Source: Vulcanimicrobiota bacterium (GTDB taxonomy: Bacteria; Vulcanimicrobiota; Xenobia; Xenobiales; JADMJV01). Taken from it: 64,000 nt of DNA. The position numbers and the translations under genes are program-made. Position 1 is the stretch's first letter, and each line of letters starts with the position of its first letter. The notes beneath the pieces are model-generated. The model was not told where the DNA came from. It did no database searches and worked only from the letters and a program-made list of their open reading frames with translations. Shown here piece by piece: positions 8,711 through 18,571 of this stretch. Where the stretch lies: positions 1,224,008 to 1,288,007 of the forward strand of contig JBFWNU010000001.1 of the NCBI GenBank assembly GCA_050250895.1, in the 5' to 3' direction.

Positions 8711-9510
8711 GAATCGCCAGCTTTCTGGGCTGCTTGCTAGGCGCCTGGGTGGTCACCTGGTTGGGGCTGGGCACGGTCTGGGGAGACCCCCTTTTGCTGC
8801 TGACCCCGTCACGGGCCAGCGAGCCCCAGCGCATCACCTATCTTCTGGTCCTGTTCGCGCTGGTCAGCACCGCCACGGCCTGGCGGTGGCGTTGCAGTGG
8901 CCCTGTCTGGCCGGGGTTCGGGCGGCCTGCTCTGTTCGGGCTGGGATTGCTGGTAGGGGTGGTCAGCTCGCTGGTTCACCGAGGCTTGTTGTTCGCGGCC
9001 GGAGCCTATCACCCGCCGGCCCTCACGCTCTGGTTTGCCTGGATCCTCGTGAGCGTCAGTGTGCTGGCGGTGCTGGAAGAATCGGTTTTTCGGGGCTACC
9101 TTTTTGGGGTGGTCTATCAGGATCACGGCCGAATGGCGGCCTATGTAGGGGTGGGGCTGTTCTTTGCGCTGGTTCACCTCTTTCGGCCCGGCGGTCTGGT
9201 TTTCAAGCTCTGTTATGCGGTGGGACTCTTGCTGACGGCCTGGGTGCTCAGCCGGGTAGTCGAGCACACTCGCTCGCTCTGGGCCGCGGCCGGACTGCAT
9301 GCGGGCTGGATCACCTTTAACGTCTTGGATGCGGGCAAAGCCGCCGTGGCCAGCCCCATGGCGGGCTATCAGGGTGAAGTGGTGTCGGGCTGGTTGGGCT
9401 GGTTGCTGCTGCTGGGCTTGCTCACTCTGGTGGAGCGGGTTTTTCCCGCCGGGCCAGCAGATTGCGCTCTTGACGAGCCTCCAGAGCCCGTCGGCGCATC
9501 TCTTGCTTGA
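8707..9510 (+). CDS. CPBP (Abi/CAAX) family intramembrane glutamic protease
   Basis: EESVFRGYL, FFALVH, SLWAAAGLHAGW; multiple TM segments. Confidence 0.85.
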   Translation: MRIASFLGCLLGAWVVTWLGLGTVWGDPLLLLTPSRASEPQRITYLLVLFALVSTATAWRWRCSGPVWPGFGRPALFGLGLLVGVVSSLVHRGLLFAAGAYHPPALTLWFAWILVSVSVLAVLEESVFRGYLFGVVYQDHGRMAAYVGVGLFFALVHLFRPGGLVFKLCYAVGLLLTAWVLSRVVEHTRSLWAAAGLHAGWITFNVLDAGKAAVASPMAGYQGEVVSGWLGWLLLLGLLTLVERVFPAGPADCALDEPPEPVGASLA

Positions 9511-10354
9511 GCGGAATGGCCGGCTGACCCAGATAAGGCCCGGCCGCCTCGAGGCGTCCACTGGCGATGGCCCGTCCGCCTACCTGGATCATCGAGCCCA
9601 GTTCGGCCCGGGCCGCCACCATCGACTGGCCGGCGGTAATCACGTAGTCACCCAGCCTGGCGCCCGGCCCCACCAGCGACTTGGACACGAAGATGCAGTG
9701 CTTGCCGGTCTTCACGCCGGCCTCGACGGTGACCAGGTTGTCGATCTTGGTGCCTTCCCCCACCTGGGCCCCGGCCATTACCCGCGAACGTCCACCCACA
9801 TCCACCCGCGCTCCGAGACTGGCTCCTTCGCCGACATGGCTGCCGGCTTCGAGCAGGCATTCGGGCCCAAGCTGGGCGCCGGCTCCCAGGCTCACCCCGG
9901 GATTCAAGCGGCAACCCGGGCCAAGCCGGGCTCCGGCCCCCACCGCCACGCGCGCCACCAGTTCGACTCTCGCTTCGAGCACGGCCCCGGCCTCGACCAC
10001 GCACCAGGGGCCGATCCAGCAACTGTCGTCGACCTGGGCCTCGGCGTGGACAAAGCTGGTGGGATGGCGACCGGGGGGGTGAGGTCGGTGAGGATGGAAG
10101 AAGGCCAGGGCTTTGGCGAAGGCCACGCGCGGTTTGGCCACCACGATGGCCGGCTTGTCGGCCGGGGCGCTTTGACAGAGAACCGCTGCGGCCGGGCTCT
10201 GGCAAGCCCGCTCGAGGCTCTGGGCATCTTCGGCGAAGGTCAGGGTGGAGGCGTCGGCCTGCTCGACCCCGGCGACTCGCTCGATGGCCAGATGCTCGGG
10301 ACCGGACACGGTTCCGCCCACCAGGGCGGCAAGTTCAGCCAGCGTTGCGGACAT
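9422..10354 (-). CDS. LpxD-like hexapeptide-repeat protein (divergent)
   Basis: TLAELAALVGG..LTFA LpxD N-domain, PRVAFA, hexapeptide repeats, KIDNLV, YLGQPA; canonical QIAHN absent. Confidence 0.82.
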   Translation of the reverse strand: MSATLAELAALVGGTVSGPEHLAIERVAGVEQADASTLTFAEDAQSLERACQSPAAAVLCQSAPADKPAIVVAKPRVAFAKALAFFHPHRPHPPGRHPTSFVHAEAQVDDSCWIGPWCVVEAGAVLEARVELVARVAVGAGARLGPGCRLNPGVSLGAGAQLGPECLLEAGSHVGEGASLGARVDVGGRSRVMAGAQVGEGTKIDNLVTVEAGVKTGKHCIFVSKSLVGPGARLGDYVITAGQSMVAARAELGSMIQVGGRAIASGRLEAAGPYLGQPAIPLKQEMRRRALEARQERNLLARREKPAPPE

Positions 10355-10409
10355 CGGGGCCGGTTCGGGCTGGCAGGTCCGGGCCCTGCCTGGATTGAAA
10401 AACTTTAGT

Positions 10410-11399
10410 GTGGACGCGGTTTTGTCGGTGCAAGACCTGGTGGTGCAGTTTGCCACTCGCGAGGCCACCGTGACGGCTGTCCGGGGGGTCAGCTTTTCCA
10501 TCGGCCGGGGCGAGACGCTGGCCCTGGTGGGCGAGTCCGGTTCGGGAAAGACGGTCACTTCGCTGGCCGTGATGGGTCTGCTCGAACCGCCGGGGCGGGT
10601 CGCCTCGGGCAATCTGGTTTTCGAAGGACGCTCGCTGCTGGGTCTTAGCGAGCGAGAGTATCGCGGCTTGCGCGGGTCGCGCCTGGCCATGATTTTTCAG
10701 GATCCGATGACCTCGCTCAATCCGGTCATGAAGGTGGGTAAGCAAGTGGGCGAGGTGCTGCGCCTTCATCGTGGGCTTGCTCAGCCGCGTCAGCGGGTGG
10801 TCGAACTGTTCGCCGAGGTCTCGCTACCCGACCCCGATCAGCTTTTTGACGCCTATCCCCACCAGCTTTCCGGAGGCATGCGCCAGCGCGTCATGATCGC
10901 CATGGCCCTGGCCTGCGACCCGGCTCTGCTGGTGGCCGACGAGCCCACTACGGCCCTTGACGTGACGGTGCAGGCTCAGATCCTCGAGTTAGTCAGGGCC
11001 CTGCAGGCCAAACACCAGATGGCCGTGCTGCTGGTGACCCACGACATGGGAGTGGTAGCCAGCGTGGCCGACCGGACCGCCGTCATGTATGGTGGCTGCC
11101 TGGTCGAAGACGGCCCCACCAACCAGCTTTTTGAACAGCCGCGCCACCCCTACACCCGAGGGCTACTGGCTTCGGTGCCCCGGCTCGACCGCGAGCCCGA
11201 GCGCCTGGATCCCATCCCTGGACAGCCCCCCAGCTTGCTGTCCCCCCCTCCCGGCTGCCCCTTTGAACCCCGTTGTGCCCTGGCTCGTAGCGACTGCAAG
11301 GCACGGTTGCCGGAGCTGGCGGAGGTGGCCGAAGGGCGTTGGAGTCGCTGTTTGTTCTGGGAGGAGGTCGAGACGCTTGTCCCCGCTGCTCGAGGTTGA
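10410..11399 (+). CDS. oligopeptide/dipeptide ABC transporter ATP-binding protein (OppD/DppD-like)
   Basis: [51 protein letters not shown]. Confidence 0.95.
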   Translation: MDAVLSVQDLVVQFATREATVTAVRGVSFSIGRGETLALVGESGSGKTVTSLAVMGLLEPPGRVASGNLVFEGRSLLGLSEREYRGLRGSRLAMIFQDPMTSLNPVMKVGKQVGEVLRLHRGLAQPRQRVVELFAEVSLPDPDQLFDAYPHQLSGGMRQRVMIAMALACDPALLVADEPTTALDVTVQAQILELVRALQAKHQMAVLLVTHDMGVVASVADRTAVMYGGCLVEDGPTNQLFEQPRHPYTRGLLASVPRLDREPERLDPIPGQPPSLLSPPPGCPFEPRCALARSDCKARLPELAEVAEGRWSRCLFWEEVETLVPAARG

Positions 11400-12330
11400 G
11401 GGTCTTTCGGTAACCTTTCGTTCCGGCGGTCTGCTGCGCCCTACCCGCGAGCTGCGCGCGGTCGACGATGTCTCATTGTGGCTCGAGCCGGGCGAGACGC
11501 TGGGTCTGGTGGGCGAATCCGGCAGCGGAAAGTCGACCACCGCCAGGGCTATCCTGCGATTGGTGCCGGCCAGCGGCGGAACGGTGCATTTTGCCGGCCA
11601 ACCTGTCTTCGCCCTCAGGGGTCAGGACCTGCGAGCTTTTCGCCGCCGGGCCCAGTTTGTTTTCCAGGACCCCTATTCCAGTCTCAACCCGCGCCAGACC
11701 ATCGGTTCGATTCTGGCCGAGCCGTTGGTGATTCACGGGTTGGCGCGCGGCCCGGAACTCAGCGCCAGAGTGGATGAGCTGATGGCCAAAGTCGGCCTCT
11801 CGCCCGACATGAAAAGTCGCTATCCTCACCAGTTCTCGGGGGGCCAGCGCCAACGGATCGGCATCGCTCGCGCCCTGGCCAGCGGCCCCGAACTGGTGGT
11901 GGCAGACGAGCCAGTCTCGGCCCTCGATGTCTCGATCCAGGCCCAGGTGCTCAATCTCCTCAGCCAACTACAGCAGGAGTACGGTCTTGCCGTTTTGATG
12001 ATCTCTCACGATCTGGCCGTCATCCGCCAGATCTGCCACCGGGTGGCCGTGATGTTCCTCGGCCGCATCGTCGAGATGGGACCCGTCGAGCAGGTCTGCC
12101 GCTCTCCCCGCCATCCTTACACCCGCGCTCTGCTCGACGCGGTGCCCTCGTTTTCCGGCTTTCAGGTCAACGCCCAGGCCAGTGCCCCGGTCGATCGTCG
12201 CCAACCCGGTTGCCGCTACGCTCCCCGGTGTCCCCTGGCAACCGAGGTTTGTAGGCAAGAGATTCCACCCCTGGCGGAGAAATTGCCTGGTAGAGTGGTG
12301 GCTTGTCACCACCTTCCTGAGGAAAGTTGA
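11377..12330 (+). CDS. oligopeptide/dipeptide ABC transporter ATP-binding protein (OppF/DppF-like)
   Basis: [43 protein letters not shown]. Confidence 0.95.
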   Translation: MSPLLEVEGLSVTFRSGGLLRPTRELRAVDDVSLWLEPGETLGLVGESGSGKSTTARAILRLVPASGGTVHFAGQPVFALRGQDLRAFRRRAQFVFQDPYSSLNPRQTIGSILAEPLVIHGLARGPELSARVDELMAKVGLSPDMKSRYPHQFSGGQRQRIGIARALASGPELVVADEPVSALDVSIQAQVLNLLSQLQQEYGLAVLMISHDLAVIRQICHRVAVMFLGRIVEMGPVEQVCRSPRHPYTRALLDAVPSFSGFQVNAQASAPVDRRQPGCRYAPRCPLATEVCRQEIPPLAEKLPGRVVACHHLPEES

Positions 12331-12334
12331 GTAT

Positions 12335-14320
12335 ATGATGCAACCATTCTTGCGCTGGGGGACGATTGCCCTACTCACGGTGATGATGGCGGCCGGAGCA
12401 GGTGCCCAGCCCGGTAAGTCGCTGTTGCGGGTCGACAACCGCTTCCTGGACTCTCCCGGGAGTGAACGCTATCCTCAGGCCCGGGCCCTGATTTTGCTCG
12501 ATGACATCGAGTTCAATCTCTCCCCGGATGGCTCGGTGGACTTTAGCGAGCACGACGCTATCAAAGTTCTCACGGAAGACGGTGTGAAAGAACAGAGCGA
12601 ACTGGTTCGCATCTATGATTCGCGACTCGAGGGCTACGAATTGCGCGCCGCCCGCGTCATTAGCGCCGACGGGGCCGTCAGCGAGGTTCCCAAGAGCGAA
12701 GTGAGCGACGAGGCCCTGTTCAAGAGTTCCCAAGCCTACAGCGCCTATCGCAAATTCAAAGTGAACTTTCCCGGGGTCAAGCCGGGCATGGTAGTCGAGT
12801 TCGACATCGTCACCCACCGCAAGCCCCGCCGCGACAAAGCCTGGTGGGCCACCAGTTACGTCCAGAATCCGAGCCCGATTCTCTCTTCTACTTTCACGGC
12901 CCGGCTACCGGCTGGCACACCCCTGAACTGGTCTACGCCGGGGCTGGGCAGGCTCGAGCCCGAGAAGGCGACGGCCGACGGCACGGATATCTATCGGTGG
13001 GCGGTCAAGGACCAGCTCGCTCTCGAGCCCGAGCCCTCCATGCCTACCGTTTTGCAGGCCCTCAATCGCATCGAGATCTCTTCCTTTCAAGACTGGAAGA
13101 GTGTCGGTCAGTGGATCGACCAGGGTTGGCATCTTCAGGTCTCTCCTACCTCCAAAGTGGCTCTGAAAGCGGCCGGCTTGTTGCCGGTCGGCGGCACCGC
13201 TCACGACCGCGTCCAGTCGATTCTCGGCTGGGTCGAAAAAGAAAAAGAAGTGGTCGACTTTCTCAACGACGACTTCTTCCCTCGGGACCCTTCGCTGGTG
13301 GTCGACGAGCCGGTGCTGGCCAATCTCGACGTGGCTTCGTTGCTGGGTGCGATGTTGACCTTTGCCGGCTATCAGGTCGAGCCGGTGGTGACCTTCCCCG
13401 AACCGACCAATCGGCAGGGCGACGAGTTGCCCATGCCGTCGAAGATGGACGAGGTGGTGCTGCGCGTCACCGATGTAGCCGCCCATAAGACCTGGTGGAT
13501 CTCGCCGGAGCATCCCGGCGAAGTCTCCCTGTCCCCCCCCAGCGGGTTTCAGGGCGCCAGCGCCCTGGTGCTCGGCCGGGCTGAAGGTCTGGTCGATCTC
13601 GAGCGGGGCGAGGCCGACGAGAATCGTCAGGAGGTTCGGGTCGAAGCTCGGGTCGACCTCAACGGTCGCACCGAGATCGGTCTGTGGATCGGTCAGTACG
13701 GCGACTCGGGAACGCTCTGGCGCGAGGCCGCGCGCTCTTTGTCCGAGGCCAATCGGCGGGTGCGCGAACGCAATCTAGACAATCTTTTTGCTCGCCTGGC
13801 TCGCAGTATCTCGCCGCGGGCCCAGGTCCACGACCGCTATTTCGACCTGGCTCCCGACCCGGGGGCCGGCTTCGACATGTCGGCCACGCTGATCATCCCG
13901 GGTTATGTGGTCAAGGAGGGCAACGAGTTTGCCCTGCCACTGCCGGTGCAGTCCAACGAGCGACTTCGCGAACTGCTGGGCCAGGGTCTCAACCGGCGCT
14001 ATCCCATCCGCTTTGATCACCCGTTCCGCGACGAGACGCGGGTCCACGTGTTGCTGCCCGAAGGGTCGACCATCACGGCTCTGCCGCCGACTGTCTCCAT
14101 CGACACCCCGGCCGCCTCCTTCATCTCGCATACTCGAACCGCCAACGGCGAGGCGTGGTATTATAGCCGTTTGACCGTCAAGAAGCCATGGGTGTCCATC
14201 GACGAGCTGGAACCTCTGCTCGAGGTGGCCAAAAACATGGCCGAGTCCCAACAGTCGATGTTGAAGTTCACCCCGCCCGCCGGGGCCACCACCGAGATCG
14301 AGAGCGAGGAAGACCTCTGA
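12335..14320 (+). CDS. secreted DUF3857/transglutaminase-like domain protein
   Basis: Signal peptide; FPGVKPGMVVEF, YRW, ISSFQDWKSVG, RRYP, LPEG motifs typical of DUF3857-TGase-DUF3858 proteins. Confidence 0.75.
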   Translation: MMQPFLRWGTIALLTVMMAAGAGAQPGKSLLRVDNRFLDSPGSERYPQARALILLDDIEFNLSPDGSVDFSEHDAIKVLTEDGVKEQSELVRIYDSRLEGYELRAARVISADGAVSEVPKSEVSDEALFKSSQAYSAYRKFKVNFPGVKPGMVVEFDIVTHRKPRRDKAWWATSYVQNPSPILSSTFTARLPAGTPLNWSTPGLGRLEPEKATADGTDIYRWAVKDQLALEPEPSMPTVLQALNRIEISSFQDWKSVGQWIDQGWHLQVSPTSKVALKAAGLLPVGGTAHDRVQSILGWVEKEKEVVDFLNDDFFPRDPSLVVDEPVLANLDVASLLGAMLTFAGYQVEPVVTFPEPTNRQGDELPMPSKMDEVVLRVTDVAAHKTWWISPEHPGEVSLSPPSGFQGASALVLGRAEGLVDLERGEADENRQEVRVEARVDLNGRTEIGLWIGQYGDSGTLWREAARSLSEANRRVRERNLDNLFARLARSISPRAQVHDRYFDLAPDPGAGFDMSATLIIPGYVVKEGNEFALPLPVQSNERLRELLGQGLNRRYPIRFDHPFRDETRVHVLLPEGSTITALPPTVSIDTPAASFISHTRTANGEAWYYSRLTVKKPWVSIDELEPLLEVAKNMAESQQSMLKFTPPAGATTEIESEEDL

Positions 14321-15198
14321 TCGAAGTTTTGGCTCCGGCCAAGGTCAACCTCACTCTCGAGATCGAGGCTCTTCTCCCCAACGGTTACCATCAACTCGAT
14401 ACCATCTTCAGCTGGTTGGAGCTGGCTGACCGCGTGGTGGTCGAGAAGGCTCCCCGCCTCGAGCTCGTCATGGAGGGCGAGGTGGGTGGTCTGGAGGTTC
14501 CCCACGACGAGTCTAACCTGGCGGTGCGGGCCGCCCGCGCCCTCGAACAGTTGGTCCGACGTGCCTTGCCCGTCAAGATCTGGTTGCGAAAGCTGTTGCC
14601 CGCCGGGGGTGGCCTGGGGGGCGGTAGCGCCGACGCGGCCGCCGTGCTGTGGGGGATGGACAGCCTGTTCGAATTGGGCCTGGGTCTGGCGGGCTTGAGT
14701 CCGGTAGCCTCGGCGCTGGGAGCCGATGTCTCCTTCGGGTTGGTGGGTGGGACAGCCAGAGGACGAGGGATCGGGGACCGCCTCGAGCCTTTGGCCAGCC
14801 CCGGTCGGGTGCCGGTGGTCTTGCTCTGTCCCCCCTTCGGATGCCCCACCCCGACCGTCTACAAGCTGTGGGACGAGTTTCAGCCGCGCCCGGCCCGGGG
14901 GACCACCCAGCGGTTGGCTCGAGCCCTCGCCCAGGGTGAAGTCAATCTGGTCGATTTTCTGGGCAACGACTTGCAGCCGGCGGCCGAGCGCCTGCGCCCC
15001 GAATTGACCGGGTTGCGGCAGGCGATGCTCGAGGCGGGCTGTCAGCAAGCGATGGTTTCAGGCAGCGGCTCCACCCTTTTCGGTCTGCTGGGTTCGGGCG
15101 AGGATCCCGAGGTGGTGGTGGGGAAGCTTCGGGCTCACGGTCAGGTGCTCACGACTCACCTGGCCGCCGAAACGCGAGCCAAGCATGAGTTTTCCTGA
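14317..15198 (+). CDS. ispE: 4-diphosphocytidyl-2-C-methyl-D-erythritol kinase
   Basis: APAKVNLTL, GYHQL, GGGLGGGSADAA, LGADV, GIGD, NDLQ, SGSGST; start probably CTG overlapping the upstream stop. Confidence 0.95.
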   Translation: MIEVLAPAKVNLTLEIEALLPNGYHQLDTIFSWLELADRVVVEKAPRLELVMEGEVGGLEVPHDESNLAVRAARALEQLVRRALPVKIWLRKLLPAGGGLGGGSADAAAVLWGMDSLFELGLGLAGLSPVASALGADVSFGLVGGTARGRGIGDRLEPLASPGRVPVVLLCPPFGCPTPTVYKLWDEFQPRPARGTTQRLARALAQGEVNLVDFLGNDLQPAAERLRPELTGLRQAMLEAGCQQAMVSGSGSTLFGLLGSGEDPEVVVGKLRAHGQVLTTHLAAETRAKHEFS

Positions 15199-15973
15199 CA
15201 AAGTCGAAGTGGTGCTGCTAGCCGGTGGGCAGTTCAAGGATCTGCCGCCCGACGAGCCGGTTCCGTCAAGCAAAGGTTTGCTGCCCATCGGCGGCAGGCC
15301 GATGGCGGCCCGCACCCTGGACGCTCTGGTTGGCAGTGAGCGGGTCGGCCGGGTGATCATGGTGACTCCTCATTCGGTCGAGGAGTTCTCTGATCCGGCC
15401 TGGGAGGGGGTGGACCACCTCGCTCCCGCCGGCGAGCGGCTGATCGATTCTTTTCGCTCAGGGATGGAGAACGTGCTTGATCCGAGTATTCCAGCCATGG
15501 TGGTGGCCGGCGACTTGCCGTTCTTGACGGCCCGAGCCGTGGACGACTTTGTCGAACGCTGCAGCCAGCGCCCCGAGGCCGCCGTTTGGTATGGCTTCTT
15601 GAGCAGAGAGACTTGTGAGGCGGGCTTTCCGGGCATCCCCCACACCTGGGCCAGGCTGGCCTCGGGGACCTACTGCGGGGGCGGATTTTTCATGAGCCGG
15701 CCCGATTGTCTGAATACGCTCTATGCTTCGCTCACCGCCCTGACCTACGCCCGCAAGAATCCACTCAAGCTGGCTTCGTTGTTGGGCTGGGGGACGATTC
15801 TTGCTTTCTTGTTGCGGCGGCTCACCATCCCCGCCGCCGAGGCAGCCGTCGGTCGCCTGCTGGGCGGGCTCACCTGCGCCGGCATCGAGTCGCCCTACGC
15901 CGAAGTCGCATTCAATATCGATGATCAAGTTTCGCTCGCTGAAGCCAGAAGACGATTGGAGGGACCAAAATGA
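15185..15973 (+). CDS. nucleotidyltransferase (MobA-like NTP transferase) family protein
   Basis: VLLAGG, KGLLPIGGRPM, GDLPFL, NID. Confidence 0.8.
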   Translation: MSFPDKVEVVLLAGGQFKDLPPDEPVPSSKGLLPIGGRPMAARTLDALVGSERVGRVIMVTPHSVEEFSDPAWEGVDHLAPAGERLIDSFRSGMENVLDPSIPAMVVAGDLPFLTARAVDDFVERCSQRPEAAVWYGFLSRETCEAGFPGIPHTWARLASGTYCGGGFFMSRPDCLNTLYASLTALTYARKNPLKLASLLGWGTILAFLLRRLTIPAAEAAVGRLLGGLTCAGIESPYAEVAFNIDDQVSLAEARRRLEGPK

Positions 15974-16341
15974 TCGTTTCTACCGACAAGGCCCCGGCAG
16001 CGATCGGGCCTTATTCTCAAGCTGTCCAGACCAACGGGTTCGTTTTTTGCTCGGGCCAGATAGCCCTGAAACCCGGTGGCGAAGGTCTGGTGGGCGAGAG
16101 CGCCGCCGAGCAGGTCGAACAGGTCATGGCCAATCTCAAGGCCGTGCTCGACGCGGCCGGATCGGGCCTGGACAAGATCGTAAAGACCACCATCTATCTG
16201 GTCGATCTCAACGATTTCTCGAGTGTCAACGAAGCCTACGGGCAGTATTTCCCCAGCCAACCGCCCGCTCGAGCCACGGTCGAGGTCAGCCGTCTACCGC
16301 GAGGTGCCCGGGTCGAAATAGACGCTATCGCCGCCATCTGA
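15970..16341 (+). CDS. ridA: RidA/YjgF enamine deaminase
   Basis: APAAIGPYSQA, SGQI, PARATVEVSRLP, VEID. Confidence 0.93.
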   Translation: MIVSTDKAPAAIGPYSQAVQTNGFVFCSGQIALKPGGEGLVGESAAEQVEQVMANLKAVLDAAGSGLDKIVKTTIYLVDLNDFSSVNEAYGQYFPSQPPARATVEVSRLPRGARVEIDAIAAI

Positions 16342-16476
16342 GGGCCGCGCGACGGGGGAGGATTTTGCTTTCGAACCCGTGAACTCAGGACGGCTTGCGC
16401 AGTCTCCCTGGAGAAAGATAGACGGTGACGCGCGACCCTTACCAGTAGGGCCATTGCATTTAGGGAGGGACATTCT

Positions 16477-18555
16477 GTGAACAATTACTCTACGGACAAG
16501 ATTCGTAATTTCGGGCTGTTTGGTCACCAGGGTTCAGGTAAGACCTCCCTGGCCGAAGCGCTCATCCATGTTTGCGGGGCCAGTGATCGTCTCGGTAAAG
16601 TCGACGACGGCAACAGTCAGATGGACTTCGATGCCGACGAGATCGACCGAAAGATGAGCATCTTCGGAGCCCTCGCTCCACTCGAATACGATAGCCATAA
16701 GCTCAACTGCCTCGACACTCCGGGCTTCTTCGACTTTGTGGCCGAGGTAGTGTCGGCCCTTCGCGTCTCTGAGGGAGCGGTGCTGGTCGCCTCGGGTAAC
16801 AGCCCCGTAGAGGTCGGTCTCGAGCAGGTCTGGGATATGGCCGAGCAGCGCAAGATGCCGCGCATCTTGTTCGTCAACAAGATGGACAAAGAGAACGCCG
16901 ATTTCCAGAGGCTTCTCGATGATTGCCAGGACAAACTCACCGGCAGCCGCGTGATTCCTCTGCAGTTGCCCATCGGCGCAGCCGACACGTTCACGGGGGT
17001 GGTCAACCTGGTCACCAAAAAGGCTTACAAGTTCGGCGACAAAGGCGAGGCCACCGAGATCGACATCCCCGCCGACCTGGCCGATCAGGTCGAGAGCTGG
17101 TCCGAGAAGCTGACCGAAGAGGCGGCCGAGTCCTCGGAAGAACTGATGGAGAAATACTTCGAGACCATGGAACTCACCGATCAGGAGATTCGCGATGGTC
17201 TCAACAAGCGGATCCAGGCGGGTCTCGTGGTTCCGGCTCTGTGCGGCTCGGCCACCAAGATGTTTGGGATCAAGTTCTTGATGAACGCCATCATCCAGTA
17301 CGTGCCCCATCCCGGTCTGGGTGAGGACGTGGTCGGTACCCACCCGGACGACGGTAGCGAGTTGACCCGCAAGCGCAATTCCAGCGCTCCCTTGAGCGCC
17401 CTGGTCTTCAAGACCACCACGGACGCCTACGTCGGTAAGTTGTCTTATCTCAAGATCGAAAGCGGTGTGATGAAAGGTGAGGGAACGCTGCTCAACCCCC
17501 GCTCCGAAAAGGATGAGAAAATCGCGGGCCTGTTCACCATGCAGGGCAAAAAGCAGATCCCGATCAAGGAAGTCCAGGCCGGAGACATCGCCGTGGTAGC
17601 CAAGCTGGCTACTACCGAGACCGGCGACACGCTCTGTGATTCGGACAACCCTATCAGGTTGCGTCCGATCGAGTTTCCGACGCCTTACTATTCTCAGGCC
17701 ATCTTTCCCAAGTCCAAGGGCGACGAAGACAAGCTCTCGAGCGCCCTGTCGCGCATTTTGCAAGAGGTTCCGACCATGTCGGTGCGCCGCGACTCCGAGG
17801 TCAAGCAGACGATTCTCACCGCCATTGGCGACCTTCAGGTGGCCCTGACGGTGGCCCGGCTCAAGCGGGCCGGCGTAGAGGTCGAGCTGGCCAATCCCAA
17901 GGTTCCCTACAAAGAGACCATTCGCAAGGCGGTCAAGAAGCAGGGTCGTCACAAAAAGCAGACCGGTGGTCGCGGCCAGTTCGCCGATGTCTGGCTCGAG
18001 GTCGCTCCCGGTCCCGAGGGCTCCGGATTCGAGTTCGTCGACTCGATCGTGGGCGGCGTGGTGCCCAAGAACTACATTCCCGGTGTCGAGAAGGGTGTCC
18101 GCAAAGCCATCTCTGAGGGAGTTCTGGCCGGCTACGAGGTGCTTGACGTGAGGGTCACGCTCTACGACGGCTCTTACCACCCGGTCGATTCGTCGGACAT
18201 GGCGTTTCAGATTGCCGGCGGTATGGCTTTCAAGTCGGCCGTGGCCGAGGCGAGCCCAGCCTTGCTCGAGCCCTACGTGAACATTGAAGTTCGGGTGCCC
18301 GAGAACTACATGGGCGACGTGATTGGCGATCTCAACGCTAAGCGCGGAAAAGTGTTAGGAATGGAGCCGATCGGAGGCGGATTTTCGCTGGTCAAGGCCC
18401 AAGCGCCGATGGCCGAGATGATGCGCTATTCGATCGACCTTCGTTCGATTACTCAAGGGCGGGGCAGTTTCTCGATGGAATTTTGCCATTACGAGCAGGC
18501 CCCACCCCCGGTTGTCGAAGCTGTTGTAGCGGCCTCGAAGGCCGAGGACGAGTAG
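16477..18555 (+). CDS. elongation factor G paralogue (EF-G2 type)
   Basis: GHQGSGKTS, DTPGFFDF, NKMD, HKKQTGGRGQF, DGSYHPVDSSDMAF, LRSITQGRG. Confidence 0.93.
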   Translation: MNNYSTDKIRNFGLFGHQGSGKTSLAEALIHVCGASDRLGKVDDGNSQMDFDADEIDRKMSIFGALAPLEYDSHKLNCLDTPGFFDFVAEVVSALRVSEGAVLVASGNSPVEVGLEQVWDMAEQRKMPRILFVNKMDKENADFQRLLDDCQDKLTGSRVIPLQLPIGAADTFTGVVNLVTKKAYKFGDKGEATEIDIPADLADQVESWSEKLTEEAAESSEELMEKYFETMELTDQEIRDGLNKRIQAGLVVPALCGSATKMFGIKFLMNAIIQYVPHPGLGEDVVGTHPDDGSELTRKRNSSAPLSALVFKTTTDAYVGKLSYLKIESGVMKGEGTLLNPRSEKDEKIAGLFTMQGKKQIPIKEVQAGDIAVVAKLATTETGDTLCDSDNPIRLRPIEFPTPYYSQAIFPKSKGDEDKLSSALSRILQEVPTMSVRRDSEVKQTILTAIGDLQVALTVARLKRAGVEVELANPKVPYKETIRKAVKKQGRHKKQTGGRGQFADVWLEVAPGPEGSGFEFVDSIVGGVVPKNYIPGVEKGVRKAISEGVLAGYEVLDVRVTLYDGSYHPVDSSDMAFQIAGGMAFKSAVAEASPALLEPYVNIEVRVPENYMGDVIGDLNAKRGKVLGMEPIGGGFSLVKAQAPMAEMMRYSIDLRSITQGRGSFSMEFCHYEQAPPPVVEAVVAASKAEDE

Positions 18556-18571
18556 AAGTTCGGATGAGGAG

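Noticed and set aside
9422-9510. 89 bp convergent overlap of the CPBP gene and the lpxD-like gene
   Set aside because: Tail overlaps are common in GC-rich genomes; no evidence of function
10355-10690. N-terminal extensions in the ORF track for lpxD-like, oppD/F, fabZ, mnmA, ispE, cupin and others
   Set aside because: They overlap neighbouring genes; starts were reassigned to family-typical N-termini
16534-18180. 548 aa antisense ORF, and similar long shadow ORFs at 26339-27517, 27705-28979, 33504-34985, 50417-51814 and 52430-53674
   Set aside because: They lie opposite well-supported genes; long stop-free antisense frames are expected in high-GC coding DNA
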